Below are positions 1-14,130 of a stretch of 64,000 bases of DNA, one piece after another (position 1 is the first letter of the stretch; the number at the start of each line of letters is the position of its first letter). The notes under the pieces were generated by a model. It saw only the letters and a program-made list of their open reading frames with translations, ran no database searches and had not been told where the DNA came from. Position numbers and translations under genes: made by a program. The stretch lies in contig OX597821.1 of assembly GCA_951406725.2 (NCBI GenBank), positions 76,322,001 through 76,386,000 on the forward strand. The letters are read 5' to 3'. Source of the DNA: Octopus vulgaris (Eukaryota).

Positions 1-90
1 TGTAAAATATACAGTATAGTACTGTTTCTACGTCGCGGATTTTCACCTATAGAGATGTAAGTATATGTACATACATCTATATATGTGTTT

Positions 91-159
<69 letters not shown>

Positions 160-165
<6 letters not shown>

Positions 166-330
166 TATGTGGGCACAGGACGTCACGAAATGTGTACAAC
201 AATAAAGTACGAAGCACGAGTACATGGAACATGAACTATTCTATCGAACAACGAAAGAGACAAATGGAAAACAAAACAAACAACATAAAGAACAACCCTT
301 CATCAGTTGTTGGCTGTTTCTCTAGTTTCA
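160..330 (+). repeat. Repeat homologous to 11650-11810 (minus); probable PLE terminal repeat
   Basis: ACAGGACGTCAC..TGTGT..ATGGAAAAC..CTTCATCAGTTGT(T/C)GGCTGT is shared; both adjoin (TA)n. Confidence 0.55.
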
Positions 331-342
331 AACATACATACA

Positions 343-378
<36 letters not shown>

Positions 379-687
379 CATGCATATATACATGCATACA
401 GACTGACAGACAGACAAACATGTGTAGAATAATGAATAAAATGAGGAACAAGTAAAGCCTGTGACATTTTGCGCCGGAAATATGAGGGTTTTTTTTTTTA
501 ACTTTCTGCTTTGTTAGAAGCTTTCCTTATTCCTCATTCCATTCATTATTCTACTTCGGTGCTACAGTGCTTCAAGCGAACTACAACGCTCTTCCATGTA
601 TGTGTATATGTGTGTATGTGTGTGTATGTGTTTGTACATGTATGTAGGTTCGTGCGGCTGCATGTACGCATATATGTATGTGTGTGC

Positions 688-723
<36 letters not shown>

Positions 724-3045
724 TTGTTAAAGGAATCGCTCATAGTGCATATATGATTTGTGTAGTCTTTTCAAAGCTGAACAGACATGTCGATATCCAA
801 ATATGTTTATAATCCAACATTTTCGATCATTTATCGAAGTTCTTCCCTCTCACTCTGACCATTCTATCTTTTTTTTTATCTCTCATCCTATCTTTCTTTC
901 CTTTTTTCGTCTTTCTCTCTCATTCTCACTTCTATTTAAATATTTCTGTCTTGTATAAGCTGTCGAGAAGCTGTCACAATCGTTATCACGATTCAAATTC
1001 CGCCGAAGTCAACTTTGCCGTTAATCCTTTCGGGGTCGATAAAACAAGTACCCGTGGAGTACTGGGGTCGATGTAATCTTCTTACCCAATCCCGCAAAGT
1101 TGCTGGCCTTGTACCCAAATAAGAAACCAATATTTCTATTTTGTTCTACTTATCATATTTCTTATTCTCTCGACGTTCATTTCTATCCCTGTCTCAATTC
1201 TTTACCTGCTCTCTTTCACATTTATTCATACCTTTCTTCTCGTCTCTCGGAATTTCTTTACTTGCTACCACCACCATAGCGAGCCATCCCTGACGGTCTT
1301 TTCAATTAGGTACCTCACTCTTCACTTCTAATCGTTTCCTCCAACTATAATGAGACCTTAGTCCTTTTAGTTCTGTCGTGATTTTACTCGGTGAGTTTTA
1401 TTTCTTTCCATATATGGTCAAATGATTTCCTTTTGTGTACATATGTTTAGATATACGTATGTATCTGAGAGCAGAATAAAACAAGACTAGGTTAGACTCT
1501 ATATTATAAAATCATAAGCTACATAATCTTTACACGTTTTTCACTAACGTGTACAAGTACGTCGTGCGGTAATCGTTACTTGGACGATTGCATAATCACC
1601 TTAGAATAGGTTCTCCAGAAGAGAATATTCTAAGTTTATCCCATGTTATTAATCAGCCTCAGTTTACTGGTAGGTCTAAATAACCAGTTCAACTAACTAA
1701 TCAACGCACATACATTCCGTAAGCCATACGAGAAAAATTATGCCTCGCTATCTAAACATATATGGACATTAAAGCTAAATATTCTGGGAGACCAACTAAT
1801 TCATATAGAAATAATCTTTTTTAAAGTCTGAAACACAATAAAACCCAACTTTCTATACAAAGAATACCATGACCTGAATCTGACACGTCTAAACTGAAAC
1901 CACCCCTGTAAAGAGTTATTTCCACGGTTGATTAAACTTTAAACAGTATCACAATTCCCACTTCAGACTAAAGAAAAAATCTTCCAGCAATAACTTTCTA
2001 TCAACTCACACTCGACAAACGTAGTTTTCTCCTATCCTTTTCTATTTTCTTATATATTTACTTCTCAGTTCTACCCATCCCTAAAAATCAAACGTCAAAA
2101 ACTATATAATGCCGAAGGAAATCAAAGTATAGTATAATCAAACGAGGGCTAACAAGCCGAAACTCCGAAGTCACTGTCACACTTCTGCTTGTAAATGTTT
2201 GTTGAACATGTCTACGAAAACGTATTGAGCAATTCTTCATTTTATTGTTAAATTGTTTTTATATATATAATCTGGTATAAACACAAATATTAATATATGT
2301 ATATATATATATGAGCATATGCATATGTGTATATACAGAGAGACTACCATGTGCATAACAACAAAAGAAATAGCCCTCAATATCTCTGAAATATAAGAGT
2401 ACATTAGCTGCCTTATGCAAGTACGGAAAATTCGCATGCAGTACTCAATGATTTTAGGCAAGCACTGCATCTGAAGATATCCGATTCCTGATTGACAGTT
2501 CACTTATGGGTCACAGTTCACCAGCTGCCATGTGCAAGCCAGGAGGCTACACAAAAACCCAAATATCTCAACGAAACATAATTTCCAAGGGGAACAACTC
2601 TGCTTGAAGTAATTATAAGACGTTGGACGAAACCCTGATTACATGCATGAAGATTGTATATTAAAGAATATAATAATAAAATCAATTATATCAAAATAAA
2701 AAATTATATAATATGCAATAATATAATACATAATATAATATAACATATGATAATTTAATATATTATAATGCAATCTGATATAAAATAAATGCAGTGTGTT
2801 TTATCGGATAGCTGACTATGTATACATATTGAAGGAGGAGGAGAATAGCTCCGCGTACGTACATATATACATACATATGAACCCACATACACAAATGAAC
2901 ATTTATGCACATAAATGTATAGATATGCCTACATGCATACATGCATATATTTGCGCTTGTGTGTGTATGAAAGAAAATGACCAAAGCAGAGTTAAGAATA
3001 TAAAAGAATCGAAAATGTAATTAAAGGTGAGTGTGTGTGAAAAAA

Positions 3046-3083
<38 letters not shown>

Positions 3084-3121
3084 ATATGTATAATTATATA
3101 TATGTATGTATGTATATATAA

Positions 3122-3171
<50 letters not shown>

Positions 3172-3664
3172 GTATATATATGTATAAATGCATATATATA
3201 CATATATATACATATATATATATTGAGAGAGAGAGTTATAATTATGTGTGTATGTATGTGCGTAAATGTGTCTACATATATGTGTGTGTGTGTTTGTGTG
3301 TATGTGTGTGTATATATGTGTGTTTGTGTGTGTGTGTGCGTGTGTGTATGTATTTATGTATGTGTGTGTAATGTACTATGTATGTATATATGAAGCATAT
3401 AAAGTACATGAAAAATTTATATTACGAAGAAATGTATAAAATGTACACGTATGTTTAATTATGTATGTGTGTGTGCAGGCGACTGTGTGTGTGTGTGCGT
3501 GCAGGCGTCTGTGTGTGTATGAACATGTATTAATATATGGGATCTGAGTGATGAATAACATGATAAAGTTAGATAAAATATTGATGTATAATTATAGACA
3601 GATATAAACGTGAAATGTAAAAATATAAACGTGTGTACATACATACTTGTATACACATTTATAT

Positions 3665-3699
<35 letters not shown>

Positions 3700-3949
3700 T
3701 ACTTACACATGTATATACTCATTGCACGCAAATCCACTAACACTAGTATATTAGTCTATATTAATCTATATATATATTATATATACTGTATATTATCAAT
3801 TATCTATATTAATTTATATAAATCATAAAAATTAATAAAACTCAACAATAAAACAGTAATAAATGTTAATAAAATAGTAATAAAGTGTTCTTATAGTCTC
3901 GTGCAGAATCTGTGTGACCGGAGACCAAAATATGAATACGTATTTGGTG

Positions 3950-4320
3950 GTATGAGGGCAACTCCAAAAGCTTCACTTTCTACATTGAAACAGGTACTAG
4001 TATCCTGTGAACGCTTTAGGCATGTTTCTGCATTGCAGAGCCTACACGTTCTGCTACCATCGGTGTGAAGTTTGCATATTTTAAAAACCTTCCAGTTGCT
4101 AGAATAGTTGATGTACCTCTCTTTCAAATATCTGCAATTACCCGAAATTCGTGGTATTGCATTTGTGCCAGATTTTAAAGGACGTTGCATAGTTATTAAA
4201 TTTTGTAGGTACTCTAAGTATGATAAAAAAAAAAGGGATGTCAGAAACATTTAAATATGGTCCCAGGAGAACCATGTTTTAGAGAAATCCAAAAGATTGT
4301 GCTGACAAGTAATGCCCACG
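3950..4320 (-). pseudogene. Degenerate PLE GIY-YIG C-terminal fragment
   Basis: YSSNWKV..GSRTCRLCNAE resembles the PLE C-terminal W..C.LC..E motif. Confidence 0.45.
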
Positions 4321-4530
4321 TCCTTAGAAAAGCCCTATCCATCTAAATGTCTTTGTCGTATTACATGAAGATATTTCGCTACTGCCACTGCCACTTCCTC
4401 TCCTCAAGCTTTCAATCATGCGGTAACATCTCTTATCCTTCAACCGCCCTAGGACGCTGGGTGTGTCGCGGCAAGTGATTGTAATTAACATGCAGATTAA
4501 AAGTAAAATAATTATAACAACAACAACAAC

Positions 4531-4560
<30 letters not shown>

Positions 4561-4564
<4 letters not shown>

Positions 4565-5278
4565 TCTTTCTTTATTGGCCTCAAGGGCCGCATGAACATT
4601 TAGTGAAATTCAATGACAAAGGACAGTGGGGTTTACATAAAATTTGTTAATTAAAACCAATTACAATCATTTTAATCGAATTCCTCCATAAGGGGTAGAA
4701 TGTCACCCAGGGGCAAACAAGGTACCCCACATATCCTGATCCACCCTGCTCACCAAAAGTACCATAGCAAGTATTCCTCTCTCTCCTTTTTCCTCAGCTT
4801 ACAGGCGCCAACATAAAGATGACCACTCACTCGGACCATCCTCACCACATTCACCCACCTTTCAACAATTTTACTGGGGAACAGCCCATTCCTCACAGCC
4901 TTCTTTTTCTTTTTCAAATGGACTGTCGTCACTCCTTTCAGTGTCGTCCTCAACACAACTTCTTTTACCCTATCCGCAAGACAGGTTAAAACTGTTTGCC
5001 CTTCCCGACCAAAGGAAGACCAAAGGAACCGAATTCAAGTTGGAGTTGGCCGATAACCAGATTCGTCCAACACGTGATAGTACGCTGTTCGACATCAACC
5101 CCACTAGTCAGCAATATTCGAGCCCTGTACCAACGGGCGCAAGACGGTTTCCGTCTCTCTGCGGGCACCTCGAATAAGTGCGGCTGACAGCACTAACATG
5201 CCTGTAGAGTTTATCACGAAATGGCAATGCTTCCCCCACCCACGCCCCCGGTACCACTGCCAGGCCATGAATCCCGAT
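4561..5278 (-). mobile_element. 3' part of a Tx1/L1-like LINE
   Basis: Minus-strand ALPFRDKLYRH..SRT..RC (zf-RVT region), C-terminal ..IVERWVNVVRM; 3' end GCCCTTGAGGCCAATAAAGAAAGAA followed by (TTA)n. Confidence 0.6.
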
Positions 5279-5717
5279 GTCATTTGTAGTTTGATTTACT
5301 TCTAATTTCTTTTATATATTTTATATATTGGTAATTACAAGCATTTCACTCTTTTCTTTTTTTTTTCCGTTTTTGTTAGTGTCCAAGAAACTATACCACT
5401 GCAACAATAACAGTCAACCAAAACACATATAAAACACGAATGAGAGCATTGCACCGTACCAGCTGTGGTCACTGCTGCCGTTGTTAGAACTGACGATAAA
5501 AGCTAATGTCGTCATAACACTGACTGAATAATCCTGCTTTTCAAAAAGAGACACTGCTCAGTTTTATTAATGCACAAATCCTGCAGCTTGGTGGACGGCG
5601 GGTGCTATGACGTCAAAGCCAATAGGAAAACAACAACAAAATAAACTTAAACAATACAGCAAATGCAACAGTTTCATCAGCAATAATAATAATAACAATA
5701 ACAATAATAATAATAAC

Positions 5718-5763
<46 letters not shown>

Positions 5764-6179
5764 TAATCGATTTTTTTTTCTTTTTATAAAGTATATCGAT
5801 TGTCAAACAATGGTAATAACCTGATTTGTTTTGTTTTTTCTTTCTTAGTTATCATAAGTCTTAATTCTTTATTGTTTTATGTTGATTATGTCGTTGATGC
5901 TTCTAATATTGTTGCTGTTGTTTTTAATGTACTCTTATTCTTCCCTTTTTCTCTTCCCATTTTTTTTTCTTCTTCTTCTTCTTCCTTCACTGTATCTTAT
6001 CTTTTCCTTTCTTCTTCGTTCTGGCTTTACTCAACCATTGTCTTAAAAATATATTCGTTGTCACAAAAGACGATTTGTTATTGATGTTGTTGATGATGAT
6101 GGTGGTGGTGGTGGTGGTGGTGGTGATGGTGATGATGATGATGATGATAATGAACACACTCACATGTACACAACAAATC

Positions 6180-6560
6180 ACTTAACATAGATGTGGTGGC
6201 TATCAGTGAGACGAGAGTTTCCAAGGCACAAACTTTGCACCCATCTCTGGCGGCTACGATGTGTACACATTTCCATGTCTGTCGAGAATGGAAGGCAGAG
6301 TCGTTGTTCTGCTTCTGAAAGGACTGGATCTTTCGATACGATGCGTCTTGCCGAATCTAGAAGGTAAGTCGTTAGTGCTGGATGTGACCATCAGTGACGG
6401 CCATACCTCCAGAATACTAACCTCTTATGTCTTGACAGGAGCAGAGTGGTCACATTTCTTCATGCGTCAGGAATCCTTCCTTGAAACATACCGCTCTTTA
6501 GTGCAGGAGATGATTCGAATGGCATCTTGAATACATTCAGGGACTGTGTTGGGTCAGCAA
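6180..6560 (+). mobile_element. Tx1/L1-like AP-endonuclease fragment
   Basis: LNIDVVAISETR, EGKSLVLDV, RILTSYV, FFMRQESFLE motifs. Confidence 0.6.
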
Positions 6561-6585
6561 TGAATCTTGTCAATTAAAATTCGTC

Positions 6586-6947
6586 GTGGCACTCCCTCGG
6601 TTACGACAACGAGGGTTCCAGTTGATACGATCAACGGAACAGCCTGCTCGTGAAATTAACATACAAGTGGCTGAGCACTCCACAGACACGCACCCTTAAC
6701 GTAGTTCTTGGGGAGATTTAGCGTGACACAGAGTGTGACAAGACTGGCCTTTTGGAATACAGGTACAGTGAGAGAAATGTGTGATGAAAGAGTACATTAG
6801 TGTTCGCCACCACCTTCTGCCGGAGCCTTGTGGAGATTTAGGCATTTTCGCTCAGTAAACACTCACAACGCCCAGTCTGGGAATTGAAACTGCGATCCTA
6901 TGACCGCGAGTCCGCTGCCCTAACCACTGGGCCATTGCATCTCCACA
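6586..6947 (-). mobile_element. SINE family B (tRNA head GGCCCAGTGGTTAGGGCAGCGGACTCGCGG)
   Basis: Related copies at 8097-8372 (-), 14374-14703 (+), 36715-36965 (+), 50418-50540 (-). Confidence 0.75.
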
Positions 6948-7202
6948 ATTAAAATTAATTAAATAAATATATTTAATTAAATAATTAAATATAATATGCA
7001 TGAGTCTGGTATGCAAGATCGTGACATGTCCGGACATATTTCGGTTTAACAGACCTCATCAAAGATTACTACGGTAAATCGTAGATAACTGGCGAAGTAT
7101 AAATGAAAGGGCACTGGGTGTTATAACTAAACACAATGGATGGAAGAAAATATTAAGAGAAGCTTATCGAATGAAAATTTATTAATGGATTGGGAAGATG
7201 AG

Positions 7203-7300
7203 TTGTTGTGTTAACAACAAACAAGATGAGAACAAATATGCGTCAAATGTAAATAATGTAAACAATATACATAATTCCTCATCGCTTAAATATAGAACTG
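7203..7300 (+). mobile_element. 3' fragment of the tRNA/(AAT)n/HHR SINE
   Basis: TTGTGTTAACAACAAACAAGATGAGAACAAATAT...CTTAAATATAGAA matches 18050-18118 and the reverse complement of 54557-54640. Confidence 0.65.
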
Positions 7301-8855
7301 TATTAACTATAGTTTTCTATTACATATTTTTTATGGCCCGCTCAATTTTATCTGTTCTTTCTTGTAGTATTGTATGCCGCCTTGTGTTTTACTTCGGATA
7401 TTTAAACAGGTTGTTCTGAATACTTGGTCATTAGCAATAGGGTGGCGATTCCAATGATGTATCAGTCTTATTAGTCCTTATCAGCGCAAGATGAGTTGCG
7501 CCTTGGGTAACTGACTGCTACGTCAACGTCATTTCAATCCAAACCATTTTAAGGAAACTTGGAAGACGTGGAAGCCCCTCGGATGGGTTTTTGCCTGTCA
7601 TTGGTCATTAGAGTTACTCTGTTACCTGGTCCTTGAACCATTAGCAATCTTCTCTGTGACAAGTATTTAAAGTTGGCTTTCAGTCTGAGGATAACTCTGT
7701 ATCTTAATGAGCCTTTATGTGGCCCCCTTCATCTGCTAGAAAAAGAAGTCAGATTCCGTTCAAACAACATCCAACAATGTTACCAAAGAAAGGACACAAT
7801 ATGGATAATAATCAAAAACAAATGGGATGATAGCTGAGATGCTTTTATCGTAGAACTGAGACTAAACAACAGTACATGTGTCAGAGATTATTCTTTCCTT
7901 TTTTCCTCCAGCCTTGGAAACTTTAAAAGGTCACGGGCGTAGCACTTCCACTTCTGAACCATAATATACATATATAAATGTTAGGTTCACTTCCACCTTT
8001 CCATTTTATTAAAACCAACGTAACATATAGAAATTGTATGCCAACGGAATATCGGAATATATAAAAATTTGTTTCCTGCTCCACTTCTCTAAATACTGGC
8101 ACTCCGTCGGTTACGACGACGAGTGTTCCAGTTGATCCAATCAACGGAACAGCCCCTACTCGTGAAATTAACTAGCGGCTGGCTGAGCATTCCGCACACA
8201 CTCGAACCCTCAACGTAATTCTCGAAGGGTTTCAGCTTGACAGAATTTGACAAAGCTGACCCTTTGAAACACAAGTATTACTCATTTTTGCCAGCTGAGT
8301 GGACTGGAGCAACATAAAATAAAAAGTCTTGCTCAAGAACACAACCTGCTGCCGGGAATTGAACTCACAACCGTATGAATACCCATGCTTTTGTCATTGA
8401 CTACGATGCTGTGATGACATGTAATTTTTAATGAAATTCCGAGTACCACTGCAGTTATTCATTAACAAATAACTTGACAGTGACATTTATCTTTTTTTTT
8501 TTTCGTATCGATACAACGAATATATTAGTATACAACACGAAGATTTATTTCATCTTTTGAGCTGGCACAGTACCAGTTTCTACCATTCATTGAGGAAATC
8601 AAAGAACGAACTCTGTTAACCAGCGTGTTATTGTGCCGCTCGTCCATATTTGTTAACGTCGCATTTAGTCTGGTTAACATGCGAAATAGATGAGTTACAG
8701 TTTCAATAGAGAGAAAATTAGGGTTAGGTGAATTACCGAATACGATTCTATATGCATACATGTGTACGTGTGTCTGTGTGTGTGAATGCATGTAGGCATA
8801 TATGTAAGCAGGTAGATCTGTATGTATGAATGTTGTAACTATATGCATGTCTGTA

Positions 8856-8857
<2 letters not shown>

Positions 8858-8934
<77 letters not shown>

Positions 8935-9027
8935 TACATACATACATATATGTATATATATATACATATATACACATATACATATATACACATATACATA
9001 TATACATATATACACATATATATATAT

Positions 9028-9082
<55 letters not shown>

Positions 9083-9127
9083 CAAGGATATATATATATC
9101 AAATAAAAATACCTACACACACACATA

Positions 9128-9174
<47 letters not shown>

Positions 9175-9184
9175 TATATGTATG

Positions 9185-9226
<42 letters not shown>

Positions 9227-9350
9227 CATACATACATACATACATACATACATACATACATACATACATACATACATACATACATACATACATACATACA
9301 TACATACATACATACATGCATACCTACATACATACATGCGTACGTACACA
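8858..9350. repeat. (TA)n/(TACA)n compound microsatellite
   Basis: Direct reading. Similar tracts at 96-162, 3055-3390, 10110-10400, 11428-11517, 33865-34130, 43708-43892. Confidence 0.95.
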
Positions 9351-10116
9351 CACAACACACAACACAATCTTGCAAGCGTTTGACATAGCTCTGATAACCT
9401 TATTATACGAATGACTCTTAACAATATCAATAAACATTTATACAATTGATGCCAAATAATTCATACTTTTATCGTTTAAGCATGTCCTACCATTCGAACA
9501 CTAATCTTAATGCTAAGCCAGTATTTATTGTACATATATTGGCTCATTCACGTCCATTTAGTAAACAGACTTACACATATGTGTATAATTCTCGCATACA
9601 TTTCTGGGTCCTGTACAATCAGAGCCGATATAGTAACAGCTAATAATAGGGAATGCTTTGGCATGAGTTACAAATGAACCGAAAATATTGCTGCATCTCT
9701 ATGGTGTATATTCAATTTATTAGTGCTGTTTAGGAGATAGCTATTTTCGATTTTACATGTTAAGAACCAGACTAGTTCCAGCTTTATTATATTACATGAA
9801 TAAATAGTATTGTTACTGAAAAATCTACGGCTTGAGCGCGCACACACGCACGCACACATACACACATACATATATATATATACACACGCATATTATTAAC
9901 ATTGCGCTATTTACAAGTCAGAAATTAGGAAACCATTATAGAACGAGATATGTGTGTGCGTGCCTGTGTATGAATATATGTATGTGTGTGTGTGTGAGTG
10001 TGTGTGTGTGTATGTGTGCGTGTGAGTGTGTGTGGAGAGAGAGACAGAGAAATAAAAAAGAAAGAAAGAAAGAAAGAATGCGAAAGAGTGAGTGAGAGAC
10101 AGACAGCAGATAGCTA

Positions 10117-10153
<37 letters not shown>

Positions 10154-10168
10154 CATACACAGACACAC

Positions 10169-10202
<34 letters not shown>

Positions 10203-10239
10203 GCATACACACACACACATATATATATATATATGTATG

Positions 10240-10275
<36 letters not shown>

Positions 10276-10353
10276 TATACATATGTATATAGACATATAT
10301 ATGCATATACATAAGTATATAGACATATATATATGTGTCTGTGTGTGTGTGTG

Positions 10354-10389
<36 letters not shown>

Positions 10390-10789
10390 TACACACATAC
10401 ATGTGTGTATGTATTATGAAAGAGCGGATGAATAAAGGGAGAGAGGAATGCATTGTTGATTAAAAGCAGAATCGTGAGTGCATCAAGCAAACAGGAGAGT
10501 TTCTCTCTTTCATAGGAAATCGTTCGTTTCTTTCCCTTCTCATTCGAATCTGTACATTTTGAGTTGAAGCTATTTTTTTCCATGTCTTTGATTCATTCCT
10601 GAATGGGACTGACTTCGTTTTAATTTCATCGGGTTCTGTACAGTGGGTACCAGTCGGACACTAAAACAATGCTTCCCAACTAAGGAACCCTCTACTTAAA
10701 ATGAATTTTTTCAGTGGTTCCTAACCATTTGAAAGGTCAATCAACTCAGTAAGCCGCTTTTATTAATTGACAACAAATTCGTCTCGCCA

Positions 10790-10970
10790 GTGCAGACACA
10801 TTCTTTATTTTCTCTCTTTGTTTCTTTCTTTGTTCCTTTCTGTGGAAGAGCGTAAGCTCGAACGTTAAAGACTTTTTCACTTCCCGAGCGTTATATTAAT
10901 ACATCTGTTGGTTGTCTACACCACGTGCCTTCGTCTTTTTTTATTTTGTTAATTCTCAATTCTCCCTACA
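10790..10970 (+). mobile_element. Solo PLE terminal repeat with degenerate HHR (10836-10870)
   Basis: CTTT-CTGTGGA-A-GAGC(GTAA)GCTC-GAAC-GTT-AAAG; same downstream sequence; ends at TA repeats. Confidence 0.65.
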
Positions 10971-11032
10971 TATATAAATATATACATACATATATTAGTG
11001 ACGATTGAACTTTTCGCATATATATATATATA

Positions 11033-11424
11033 CTAGCAGTATCGCCCGGCGTTGCTCGGGTTTGTAAGGGAAATAACTATATAAGCATTTTTAGAGAGTT
11101 ATAGCCCAAAAATAGCCAAAAAATGCATTAAAATGGAAAAGAAATTATGGTAATTTTTTTTTTAAATCATTGACTCATCGTAGACATTTTTAGAGAGTTA
11201 CTTCCCTTATATAATAGCGAAAAAATGCATTAAAATGGAAAAAATGATGCTAATTTTTTTTTTAATCGTAGACTCATCGTAGACGCGCGCTAATACCCAG
11301 AAGGGCTCGATATAAATCACGACTATAAGATACCTGCTTTTGGTTACACTTCACCGCAAAATGTGGGAGTAGTTAGGAATCTAAATCGTAGGAGACAGAC
11401 ACACAACTTGACTTTTATATATAA

Positions 11425-11427
<3 letters not shown>
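11033..11427 (-). mobile_element. Non-autonomous Helitron
   Basis: Minus strand A|TCTTTATATATAAAAG ... CCCGAGCAACGCCGGGCG hairpin ... CTAG|T; inserted at AT without TSD; internal ~100-bp duplication. Confidence 0.8.
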
Positions 11428-11520
<93 letters not shown>

Positions 11521-11523
11521 GCA

Positions 11524-11810
11524 TATATGGGTACAGGATGTCGCCAACTGTCTTCCCAACTTTGACCTTTCATAAATCCTAAATTTTATTTTAGAATTTA
11601 TGGGAGCAACTGTCTTTGGAGACTCATAATGTCGTTGAATGCTCGAAATGAGGAGTAGATAGACAGCCGACAACTGATGAAGAGTCGTTTTTGTGTTTAC
11701 TTGTCCTGTTTTCCATGTTTTTCTCTCGTTGTTTGCATATTTCACTGTTTTGTTTTTGTCGTATTCCGTGTTATTTACACAGTTGGTGACGTCCTGTACA
11801 CATATAGGCA
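11524..11810 (-). repeat. Second copy of this repeat, with ~25-bp inverted ends
   Basis: GTACAGGATGTCGCCAACTGT at ~11531 versus reverse complement GTACAGGACGTCACCAACTGT at ~11779-11799. Confidence 0.55.
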
Positions 11811-11882
11811 TATATATATATATATATTATTTATATCATTACTTAATTGAACGACATGCATCCATTCCCAAGGAAGTTTATA

Positions 11883-11916
<34 letters not shown>

Positions 11917-11921
11917 GATAT

Positions 11922-11976
<55 letters not shown>

Positions 11977-12056
11977 TAAATAATATGTATATATATACAT
12001 ATGTATTATTATTTATACTATTGCTTAACTGAACGCCATGCATCCATTCCCAAGTA

Positions 12057-12113
<57 letters not shown>

Positions 12114-12149
12114 TCACATGTATATATAACCAAATATATATGTGTGTGT

Positions 12150-13100
12150 GTGAAGAGGTTAAAGAAGGGACGAATTTCATTCAAACTTACGAAACCTCTA
12201 CACAGTATCGCTATCACACAACACTCGCAGATCAATATCTCCATACGCCGTTTGAAGACAGTTTTTCATCTCCTCTAAATTATCGTTAAATAACAAGCCA
12301 CTTTGACAACAGTTTGGAAAAAGCCGACCACTTTAATAGTAAAGGTTACTGACGATATCAGTAGGAACTTTATAGAAAAGAGCGGCAACACGTATTGGAA
12401 TATCCATACTCGCCAGTCTACAGCTGCTGCTACCCCGAAAGAACTCATACAAGATATTTGTGGAATACGAGACAATGAAACAACTCAACATAAATAACCC
12501 CGAATAGGTAACGGTACTTGAGGAAGGCATAAACAATTGGTGCCGCAGAATCGGGAAGTTAGAAGCCGTTATAAAATGTAAGGAGAAAAGTTTATAGCAC
12601 ACTTACATCTTATTGGAAAATTACATACATATACAGAGATTCTATTCTTATTTTCGATGGACAATTGATAACCGTAATGCATGAACTAAAAGTCTAAAAA
12701 GAAAAATTCCGCTATCGAAAGAAAACAAAAAGATATGAGAAGGAACCAACATAAACTGCGAATTTGCTTCCAGTTCACAAGTTGTACATTGGAGGATGAA
12801 GGAAAATATATCATTCATAGAGAAAAAGTCTCTTTCCATAATGATCTAAAATTATTCTGCTCCAATATCTTGAGTGAAATGGAACTTTTAAAATAGAATG
12901 CAACATAGACTGTGCCAATATCTATTGTAAAACTTATACTATGGACGCGGAAATTTCAACCAAGGCTTTGGCAAAGATGCATAATAGGAATCACCAGGAA
13001 GAGACTTTTTACTCGGTTACAGGTACAAAATGTTGTCTTTTTTTTTTAGAGAAATGCAATCATAATATATATTCATAGAACTTGCAAAAACCAAGTTAAC
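12150..13100 (+). pseudogene. Highly degenerate PLE remnant
   Basis: TSTQYRYH (thumb-like) and IIGITRKRLFTRL (GIY-YIG-like) segments in the expected order. Confidence 0.35.
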
Positions 13101-13249
13101 AAACCAAACTGGCCTGCCATCGCACGAACAAATCTTGTAGCCAAGAACGAAAGCATTGTCTTTGCAAATAACTTATAGGCCTTCTGGTCTGCCTTAACTT
13201 TATGTACGAACTGTACATAACCAATTGTTTCAAGATAATTGTGAATTTA

Positions 13250-14130
13250 CTGTTCCAACGGCCACTGGTGACAGTCAGATAGGAAAAAAAGAGGTCTGGG
13301 GTTGCACCAAACAACTTAATAAATATAGCTAGCTGTATTGTCCGAAGTGAGAAAACACCACAGAAACCTTGTAACAGCAAGGCTTAATTGCAGAAAGGTT
13401 TTCGATTCCATTCCCCATTCCTGGTTTCTGAGGTCACTACAATTGGCAAAAGTACCTACTGCCATTGAAACGCTAATGTAACCCATAACTTCTTTGAGAC
13501 TGACATAAAAATCTATATTCGAAATATTCACAGTGCTGAGAAACAGCTGGATTTAGTCACGACATTTTCTGCTGATTTAAAGACGGCATTTGGTCAGCAA
13601 AAATGTTCATGGCTAACAAGTGAATGATGGGCAAGTTTCCCCAAACCCAGAACCTTTCCATCGTTGACCACTCTACCTTTTCTACTCCACGCTTCAAATA
13701 CCGAAGTAATGAATAAAATATATCATAAAAAGGTGCTGTGAACAAAAATAGATTAGCCAAAGAATAGTATACCAGATATTCCAGATCTTATGCCAAATTC
13801 TAAAAAATATGGCAATCGGAGGAGCGTTCTTCTTGCAACAAAACAACATACCAAAATGCATTTTCAGTCCTAATACAGTACCAATATTGCGGAGACTGGA
13901 TTTATATCGGAAATCCTATCCATTGACATTAAAACCCACAAGATCCTGACATCAACTGCAAACATCTACTGAAACAATGTCACTCACAGTCTATCTGGAA
14001 AGACACTAGCCACTACACAATTTATAAATAAAATGCGCAAATCGAACAATAAAAGATATGCAAGAATTTCCAAAAGTTCAGCATGTAAAAATTTCTTTGA
14101 TTTTGTTATAAAAATTTCCAACGGGGGAGT
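13250..14130 (+). pseudogene. Degenerate Tc3/Tc1-like DDE transposase
   Basis: IHSAEKQLDL (~FSDEKKFNL), FFLQQNN.P (~QQDNAP), DPDINC (~SPDLNPIE) in the correct order. Confidence 0.5.

Noticed and set aside
8525-9445. Long YIYI/MYVC/HTYI ORFs here and throughout
   Set aside because: Translations of stop-free (TA)n, (TG)n and (TACA)n microsatellites.
11640-11686. GCTC-GAAA...CTGATGA-A-GAGT as a type II hammerhead
   Set aside because: No convincing stems I/III or NUH site, and the arrangement is not kept in the 160-330 copy.
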